Part shown: positions 57,470 through 64,000 of the stretch, one piece after another
Layout: every line of letters begins with the position of its first letter
Numbering within the stretch: the first letter of the stretch is position 1
Assembly (NCBI GenBank): GCA_041946735.1
Contig: JBHGAY010000029.1
Span: 1-64,000 of the forward strand
Length of the DNA stretch: 64,000 bases
Direction of reading: 5' to 3'
From: Candidatus Eiseniibacteriota bacterium
Lineage (GTDB): Bacteria > Eisenbacteria > RBG-16-71-46 > CAIMUX01 > VGJL01
Notes under the pieces: generated by a model
The model's database searches: none
Told to the model about the DNA's origin: nothing
Seen by the model: only the letters and a program-made list of their open reading frames with translations
Translations under genes and position numbers: made by a program

Positions 57470-58522
57470 TCACCGGGCCGCTGCGCGCCTCGCTCCCTCG
57501 ATGTCCGCGACCAGCCGCAGCTTCAGGTGCGCCAGCTCCGGCCTCTCCCCGCGAAGCTTCTTGAGCGGATAGCCGCTCGACGAGGGCCCGAACTGGACGA
57601 TCTGGCGCACGCCGAGCGCCGGGAGTTGGAGCAGCGTCTTCATCCAGCGCACTCGATGGAACGTCGTGTCGATCCGGTTGCGGAGCAGGGCCTCGGCGCT
57701 GTCCAACTGCTCGCCGGGATGCAGCGTGGAGAGGAGCGGGATCGAAGGGACGGCAAACGTCCGCGCCTCGAGGTAGCGCTTGTGCGCGTCCCATATGTCC
57801 CGTTCGCGCGCGAGCCTCGGCTCGTGGGCGGCGCAGGGGTTGTTCGAGACGAGCGTCCGGCCTCCGCGCGCCGCCACTTCACGATCCAGCTCGTCGAGCC
57901 TGTGCGGCGGAAGGGCCGCGACGAACAGGTGCGGCGCGTCCGAGACGACAATGTTCGCCTCGAGGGCCGGCGCGAATGTGTTCCAGCTTCCCTCGTCCAC
58001 GTCCTCCACGACCGCCATCCGAAGGCCGATGCGGTCGGACGCCGTGGCGAGGTCGTGCGCCCAACGGTAGGTCAGCGCGGCCGACTCCTCGATCGACAGC
58101 GCTCCGGCGACGCAGTAGGCCGCCAACTCCCCCATGCTTTCGCCGGCCAGCAGGCAGGGAGGGCCATGGTGGTCGAGGAACGCGCGGGACAGCGCCACGC
58201 CGAGCGCCATCTGGGCCACCATGCTTAGCGGGAAGTCCCCGGTCCAGAGCCAGCGGGAGGCGCTCGCCGTTCCGGCGCCCGCGGCGGCGGCCGGCGTCAC
58301 GCGATCGCGCCGCGCTTGCCCTTCCCCGGCCATGAGTCGACGTAGCGATCCGGGAGCGACGCCGAACGGGGCGAGCGTCGCCTCGGCCCGATCGAAGACC
58401 TCGCGATAAGGGCACCGCTCGACGTCCGCTCCCATCCCGGGCCAGTGGTAGCCGCCGGTGGGATAGAGGAGCGCGGTCTCCTCGGCGCGGTGAGGCGCGT
58501 GGCGCGGACGGCTACCGGGCAT
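57470..58522 (-). CDS. Stand-alone FabD-like acyltransferase with variant motifs
   Basis: LLYPTGGYHWPGMG, LAGESMGELAA, CAAHEP, VRW and VQFGPS. Confidence 0.7.
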   Translation of the reverse strand: MPGSRPRHAPHRAEETALLYPTGGYHWPGMGADVERCPYREVFDRAEATLAPFGVAPGSLRRLMAGEGQARRDRVTPAAAAGAGTASASRWLWTGDFPLSMVAQMALGVALSRAFLDHHGPPCLLAGESMGELAAYCVAGALSIEESAALTYRWAHDLATASDRIGLRMAVVEDVDEGSWNTFAPALEANIVVSDAPHLFVAALPPHRLDELDREVAARGGRTLVSNNPCAAHEPRLARERDIWDAHKRYLEARTFAVPSIPLLSTLHPGEQLDSAEALLRNRIDTTFHRVRWMKTLLQLPALGVRQIVQFGPSSSGYPLKKLRGERPELAHLKLRLVADIEGARRAAAR

Positions 58523-58939
58523 GCCGGCGCTCCGCAGGTGGTCTCGCTCCGCTCATCGCAGTCGAACTCCAAGCAAACATCGCCGGGACTCTAGGCCGGT
58601 CCCGAGCGAGGGGCAACGCCTCGTCGGGATTTGGCATTGCATGTAGGATCCCTTGCCGCTTCCTGTATTCCTTCGCGAGTCAGCCACCCGTCGAAGGCCG
58701 TGCTCCCGTCGTCCTGCATTGTGTCTCAGGAAGTCGACAGCTCATTCCTGAAGTTGTCCCCGCGCTCGTCCGCCTGCTTGCACGCCACGTTCGAACTGCC
58801 GGCCGGACAATCCGTTTGGACGAAGCAACGGATCGAGGAACGAGGACCGGATCGCCAGCGAGCGCACCTCGGGCGTGCAAGGCGCGGCAACGGCGCGCGA
58901 AACGGTCGGAAGGGCGCGGCCGATCTCGCCCGACCGGCC

Positions 58940-59382
58940 TGCGGAATGTCGAAGACCCCCATGCGATCCCTCGGTGCGACTCTCCGACGAGTCAGAGCCG
59001 GGAGCTGGATCCGCAGCGCCCGGCTTTCACATGTCGAAGAGCCCTGGGAGATCTCTGGGGGCCGGTCCTCGACATGCTGGAAGGCGACTGCCAGAGTCTC
59101 GCCGGCGGCGTGCAGCACGTCGAAAGGCCGGAGCCGATCTCGGGGTGTCGCCCTACGACATGTTGAATTCCGTCGTTCCATCCCTGGGAGCGGCTCCGCG
59201 ACACGTCAAACTCCGGCGGCGCGCCCGGGAAGCCGGCCTTTCGCATGTCGAAGAGTCGCGGCGAGAGATCGCGGGCGGGCGTCGAGCATGTCGAGGGGCC
59301 GCAGGAGTTAGATCGGCTGCGTGGCTTCGACGCGTCGAACGGCAACCTCGAGACGTCTCCCCTCGCTCTTCGACATTCCGCG
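58940..59382. repeat. Phased array of 11 degenerate 14-bp palindromes (consensus TTCGACATGTCGAA), period 42-44 bp
   Basis: Cores start at 58940, 58983, 59025, 59068, 59111, 59154, 59197, 59239, 59282, 59326 and 59369. The outer units form a 15-bp inverted repeat. Confidence 0.85.
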
Positions 59383-59533
59383 GACCCGTTCCTCGAAATC
59401 CCCGCCCGGAGGGCTGCAAGCGGGTTTCCGGGCGCCAGGGATTCGGGGAGTGGAATCGACGGTTGCCACGCCAGTCGTGTGAACCTCGATGCTCGCGTCC
59501 ATCTCACCAGAAGAGAAGGTCCCGCCCCGCCTC

Positions 59534-62473
59534 TCACCTCACGATCCGCACCGGCACCGTCGCCCGGCCCTCCGGCGACTCCACGCGGAACCAGTACGTG
59601 CCGGTGGCCAGCGGCCGCCCCGCGGAATCCTTCGGCTTCCACGCCCTCTCCTGGATCCCCGCGCGAACGTCCCGCTCGGACCAGAGCGCCACCTGCCTTC
59701 CCTGGACGTCCAGCACGCGCACCCGCACCTCGTCGGCCGGGGCGGGGAGCGCGAGCCTGAGGATCAACTCTCCCGCGGTGGGGTTCGGCCGGACGCGGAG
59801 GCTCAGCCCAGCAGGCGGCTGTCGCATCGCGGACACAGGGCCGTAGCGCTCGATCACGCCGCCCGGCCCGAGCGCCTCGATCACGTACTCGTAGCGCATC
59901 CCCGGCTCCGCTCCGGCGTCCAGGTAGCTCGACTCCTCCGAGGCGGGGAGCACCGAGGAGACGTCGCGCCACTCCCCCTCGCCGGCGCCGCGGCGCAGGA
60001 CGCGGAACCCGGTGAGATCGACCGTCTCCGATGCCCGCCACGTCAGCAGGATCCCATCGTTCTGCGAGATCGCCTGCGGGGCGACCAGCACGGCGGTGTC
60101 TATGTCGGTGACGATGAAGGACCAGCCCTGTGGAGGGTCGCACCATTGCTCCGCGCTGGCGGTCCTCGCCCGCACGCGCCAGTAGTAGGTGTTGAAGAGG
60201 CTGAGCGTTCCGGCGGGGAATGTGTAGGTCGCGCGGGTTCCGGTATCGACCGAGTCCGCGGTCGCGAACAGCGAATCGGTCGACCAGAAGAGCGTGTAGC
60301 GGACCGAGTCCGCCGGGTCGGCCGCATGCGCCGACTCCCATCGCATGAGGGGCTCCGTCGTCAGGAACGAGTCCTCGGACACGGGAACCAGCAGGTTGAA
60401 CGGCGTGATCGGCAGCGGAGGCGTCGGATCGCAAGCGGCCGGATAGAGCTGGAGGAGGCTGCCATCCTCGGTCCGCTGGGAAGCAAAGATGTAGTCATTC
60501 GTCAGCAGCACTTCGTCCGATCCCGACGAGAGGGACCTGCCGCCGATCACGCGAGGGTTCTCCGGATCGGACATGTCCGCGACGTCGAATCCGGCGAAGC
60601 CGAGGGCGGCGCGGTTTCCGAGGATCGAGATGCTGCCGTAGCCGTAGGGCCGGTCGCCCGTGCCGACGAGTCGCGGCCTCCGCGGGGAGCTGACGTCGAC
60701 GATGTAGAAGCCTGATGCGGCCGCGACGTAGACACGGGTGCGCTGGACAGCGACCTTCGCGTCGAAAGTCGTCTGGGTGCCCAGCGGCAGGACCGCCACC
60801 CATTGGGGAGCGCGCGGGTCGCTGATGTCCACCACGTCCAGGTTCACGAGCCCGGTGCTGTGTTCGGCCACGAAGGCATAGGAGCCGGACACGGCGATGG
60901 AACGAGGCTCGTACCCCACCTGCACATCTCCCACAATGCCCGGCTGCGAGGGATCGGACACGTCGAAGACGTAGACCCAGCCGTGGGGCTCGAGCGTGGC
61001 ATACACATAGCTGCCCGATACGGCGACATCGGTCATGTCCCAGTAGGTTTCCGCGCTTCGCCCGAGCAGCTCAAGGTTTCCCGGGTCCGAGACATCCAGG
61101 ACAGTCAGGACGTCCCCATCGGCGACGTACGCGCGGTCTCCCACGACTTCGATCGCCATCACGTATCTCATGGGTGTCCAGCTGTCCAGGACCACCGGCG
61201 ATTGAGGGTTGGTCACGTCGACGCTCGAGAAGGAGGACGCATCGGCTGCATAGGCGACTCCCCCCGCCTCCGCGAGGTCGAGGACGTCGCCGGCAAGAGC
61301 GACCTGCCCCAGCGCCTCGATCGGATCCTCGGCATCGGGGTTCGTCATCTCGACGACCTGAACGCCGAGCGCGTCGTCCGACACGAGGAGGGCGGAGCCG
61401 GCGAGGGCGATCCCCGATGGGCGGCCCCGGATCTTCAGCATCTCCTCCACCGCCGGATTCGCCGGGTCGGTGACGTCCGCGATCATGACGCCCGGATATT
61501 CATAGCTGCTGACGAAGGCCCGGTCGCCCGAGAGGGCGACGCTATGTCCTCCGTGAGAGGGGATCGTCAGCCTTCCCACGATCCCCGGAGCTTGCGGATC
61601 GGTGACATCGATGACGACCAGGCCGCTGTAGTCGGCCACGTAGGCGAGAGACCCTGAAACGACGATGCCGTAAGCCGCTACCGGCAATTCGGGATCCACT
61701 CGGGTGTCGACGGTCGTGACCAGCTCGGGATTCTCGGGATCGCCGACGTCGATCACCGCCAGTCCCGTCTCGATGCAGGCGAGATAGGCATAGCCCCCCG
61801 ACACGGTGACATCGTTGGCAGAGCTTGCCGCGCCTAGCGAGGCTACGATCCGCGGATTCGTCTTGGTGGAGATGTCGAGGATCAGCAGGGACTCGGTGTC
61901 CCAATCGACCGCGATATAGGCATGGTCGCCGGCGACGTCGATGCCATGGCAGCTATGCGGAGTTTCCGCTTGTCCGACCAGCGCGGGGTTCGCAGGATCC
62001 GTCAGGCTCATCACGACGAATCCGGGTTCGTGGCCCACGAGATAGAGGTACTCACCGGACACGGCCACGCCCAGCGTCACGATCTGTAGGGAGACCTGTC
62101 GGACGATCGTGGGATGCTGCGGATCGCTGATGTCGAGGACCTGCATGCCCTCGGAATGATCCGCAACGTAGGCGTACTGCCCGTAGGCAGCGACGTCCCA
62201 CGCGAGGCCCGGCGTGTCGACGCCGCCGGTCCAGCGCCACTGCAGGTAGTCCTCGTAGTCGGCGCAGTCGGTGGACGGTGACGCGGGGGCCGACCAGGCG
62301 GGCGCGGCGGCGGCCGAACGGGGCGCCGCGGCCCATCCCACGCTGACAGCGACGGCTCCGGCGAGCACGAGCAGCGCCAGGCGCCACGAAGATCGACGAC
62401 CTGTTTCTCGAGTTCGAGCGATCGGGAGTGAATCGTGGAGAGGATCGTGGGCGGAAGCGGCCCGTTCCGGCAT
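59534..62473 (-). CDS. Secreted LVIVD-repeat beta-propeller protein with FN3-like and FlgD-Ig-like CTD
   Basis: AAGGAGGT RBS, signal peptide, repeated G.YAYVAD..GL.V.DVSDP..P, YYWRVRA and WKPKDSAGRPLATGTYWFRV. Confidence 0.88.
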   Translation of the reverse strand: MPERAASAHDPLHDSLPIARTRETGRRSSWRLALLVLAGAVAVSVGWAAAPRSAAAAPAWSAPASPSTDCADYEDYLQWRWTGGVDTPGLAWDVAAYGQYAYVADHSEGMQVLDISDPQHPTIVRQVSLQIVTLGVAVSGEYLYLVGHEPGFVVMSLTDPANPALVGQAETPHSCHGIDVAGDHAYIAVDWDTESLLILDISTKTNPRIVASLGAASSANDVTVSGGYAYLACIETGLAVIDVGDPENPELVTTVDTRVDPELPVAAYGIVVSGSLAYVADYSGLVVIDVTDPQAPGIVGRLTIPSHGGHSVALSGDRAFVSSYEYPGVMIADVTDPANPAVEEMLKIRGRPSGIALAGSALLVSDDALGVQVVEMTNPDAEDPIEALGQVALAGDVLDLAEAGGVAYAADASSFSSVDVTNPQSPVVLDSWTPMRYVMAIEVVGDRAYVADGDVLTVLDVSDPGNLELLGRSAETYWDMTDVAVSGSYVYATLEPHGWVYVFDVSDPSQPGIVGDVQVGYEPRSIAVSGSYAFVAEHSTGLVNLDVVDISDPRAPQWVAVLPLGTQTTFDAKVAVQRTRVYVAAASGFYIVDVSSPRRPRLVGTGDRPYGYGSISILGNRAALGFAGFDVADMSDPENPRVIGGRSLSSGSDEVLLTNDYIFASQRTEDGSLLQLYPAACDPTPPLPITPFNLLVPVSEDSFLTTEPLMRWESAHAADPADSVRYTLFWSTDSLFATADSVDTGTRATYTFPAGTLSLFNTYYWRVRARTASAEQWCDPPQGWSFIVTDIDTAVLVAPQAISQNDGILLTWRASETVDLTGFRVLRRGAGEGEWRDVSSVLPASEESSYLDAGAEPGMRYEYVIEALGPGGVIERYGPVSAMRQPPAGLSLRVRPNPTAGELILRLALPAPADEVRVRVLDVQGRQVALWSERDVRAGIQERAWKPKDSAGRPLATGTYWFRVESPEGRATVPVRIVR

Positions 62474-62494
62474 GAAGCACCTCCTTCGGCCATG

Positions 62495-62571
62495 TGCTTT
62501 CGGCTCTCGGCCTCCGGCTTTCTCATCTCGGCCTTCGGCATCCGGCTCCCGGCATCCGGCATCCGGCATTC
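62495..62571. repeat. Heptamer tandem array (11 units, GGCNTYC-like) between the divergent LVIVD genes
   Basis: tgctttc ggctctc ggcctcc ggctttc tcatctc ggccttc ggcatcc ggctccc ggcatcc ggcatcc ggcattc. Confidence 0.75.
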
Positions 62572-62755
62572 GCAAGCGCGGCATCATTCTACGCCCGTGA
62601 AGCGCCGGAACCATCCCGAATCCGCCTCCCGTTCCCGCCGCCCCCGTCGATCGCAGCCCGCTCCCCTGCTATACTTTCACCCGCCTTTGGACCACTGCTC
62701 GTGCGCGTAGGGAATGACGAGGGCTGCCCCGAGGTCGAAAGGAGAGAACCCGATC

Positions 62756-64000
62756 ATGCAGGCCGCACAGTTCCCCGTTGGATCGATGTCGTCTGCCGCC
62801 GGCGTCGCTGCCACCGTCCCCGCGATCCTCGTAGCCATCCTCGCCGCTGTTTTCGCCGCCGCCGCCCCGCCAGCATCGGCCGACTGCACCGAGTACGAAG
62901 ACTACCTGGGCTGGGCCGGGGGAATGGGGTTGCCGGGCTACGGGCGTGGCGTCGCGGTCGATCGAAACACCGCCTATGTCACGATGGTCGGCTACGACTC
63001 GTGGCGAGGCGCGCTCTTCGTCGTCGACGTCACCGATCCACGGAACATGGAGGTTCTCGGCCGGGTGGGCACGCCGGGGGCCGCCGAAGGGTCCGCCGAA
63101 GCCGTGGCGATCTCCGGCCATTACGCGGTGGTCGCAGACGGCGGCTCAGGCTTGCAGATCGTCGACGTCTCCGACCCGACGTCCCCTTGGCTCGTCGGCG
63201 GAGTGGCGACCTCGTACGCGTACGATGTCGCCGTCCGCGGCCACTACGCCTTCACGGTCGGCCACCAGGGAGGACTGAGCGTCGTCGACTTCAGCGACCC
63301 TGCCCATCCGCAGCTCGTGCACAATCTCGCGCTCTGGCCCTACACCGCCAAGAAGCTCGCCCTCTGCGACGACTACGCCTACGTCGTTGCCAACGGATGG
63401 GGGCTGCTCATCGTGGACATCTCGAACCCGCAGGCCCCGTTCCTCGCAGGCAGCCTGGAGACGGGAGACGCCTGGTCGGTCGCCGTGAAGGGGCGCTACG
63501 CCTACGTGGGGAGCGCCCGGACGGTCCGGGTCGTCGACGTTTCGGATCCCGCCCACGCCCAGGTCGTCGGAGAGCTCGCTTCGATCCCGTTCTACGCGAA
63601 CGACGTCGAGATCGATGGAACGAAGCTCTACGTCGCCTATGGAGCTTCCGGATTCCGCGTCGTCGACGTGAGCGACCCCACCGATCCGACCCTCGAAGGT
63701 TCGCTGACGTCGATGCACGGATTGGCGGTCGCCCTCTCCGGCGAGCGGGCTTACATTCTGCAGCCCGATCGTTTCGATGCAATTGACATTACGCACACGT
63801 CGAGCATCGACGTGCTGGGACGAATTGTCTCGCACGGGTGGAACGAAGGGATGGCCGTGTCGGGGAGGTTCGCCTATCTCGCCAACGGGGAGGACGGCCT
63901 GGAGATCGTGGACCTCTCCGATCCCCGCTTCCCCGCAACCGTCGCGATCGCGAACACTCCCGGCGTCGCATGGTCGGTCGCCTACTCGGCGAACTACGCC
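62756..64000 (+). CDS. Second secreted LVIVD-repeat protein (runs off the window; absent from the ORF track)
   Basis: GGAGAG RBS. Manual translation gives MQAAQF..PPASA-DCTEYEDYLGW..AYV..LFVVDVTDP, followed by LVIVD repeats. Confidence 0.85.
   Translation, partial: MQAAQFPVGSMSSAAGVAATVPAILVAILAAVFAAAAPPASADCTEYEDYLGWAGGMGLPGYGRGVAVDRNTAYVTMVGYDSWRGALFVVDVTDPRNMEVLGRVGTPGAAEGSAEAVAISGHYAVVADGGSGLQIVDVSDPTSPWLVGGVATSYAYDVAVRGHYAFTVGHQGGLSVVDFSDPAHPQLVHNLALWPYTAKKLALCDDYAYVVANGWGLLIVDISNPQAPFLAGSLETGDAWSVAVKGRYAYVGSARTVRVVDVSDPAHAQVVGELASIPFYANDVEIDGTKLYVAYGASGFRVVDVSDPTDPTLEGSLTSMHGLAVALSGERAYILQPDRFDAIDITHTSSIDVLGRIVSHGWNEGMAVSGRFAYLANGEDGLEIVDLSDPRFPATVAIANTPGVAWSVAYSANYA

Noticed and set aside
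58940..59382. Canonical CRISPR array
   Set aside because: The repeat core is only 14 bp and degenerate, spacers share a positioned GATC, and no cas genes are in the window. Kept as a non-CRISPR repeat.
58631..59846. ORFs spanning the palindrome array (58631-59311, 58875-59846, 59245-59760 etc.)
   Set aside because: No recognisable domain or RBS, and the motif drifts through all three frames because the period is mostly 43 bp.

Overview
High-GC chromosomal window. Many secreted proteins carry FlgD-Ig-like C-terminal domains or 'SWG' tails, a pattern that suggests Candidatus Eisenbacteria or a related FCB-group lineage (inference). Housekeeping genes include rnhA, gpmI, glnS, gltX, queF, an ArfB-like factor and an HtrA protease. 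A copper locus comprises a cusCBA-copA operon, a divergent His-rich sensor kinase with a sigma54 activator, and a His/Met-rich periplasmic protein. I could read two sigma54 promoters and a shared paired palindromic enhancer motif in it. An arsenic/organoarsenical operon (arsR-arsP-trx-arsF-arsG-acr3-arsC) has a duplicated operator. The window also holds toxin-antitoxin modules and remnants, an orphan N6-adenine DNA methyltransferase and LVIVD/FG-GAP secreted proteins. The most unusual signals are: (1) a non-coding array of 11 degenerate TTCGACATGTCGAA palindromes phased every 42-44 bp at 58940-59382; (2) three overlapping mini-ORFs leading into the ArfB-like gene; (3) a hidden, disrupted Cys-rich secreted gene with an in-frame TGA at 22341-22771; (4) a CusA of about 1400 aa with two large insertions; (5) a Fic-like protein lacking the catalytic motif. 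No rRNA, tRNA, cas or transposase genes were recognised. All calls come from reading the sequence by eye, with no database searches.
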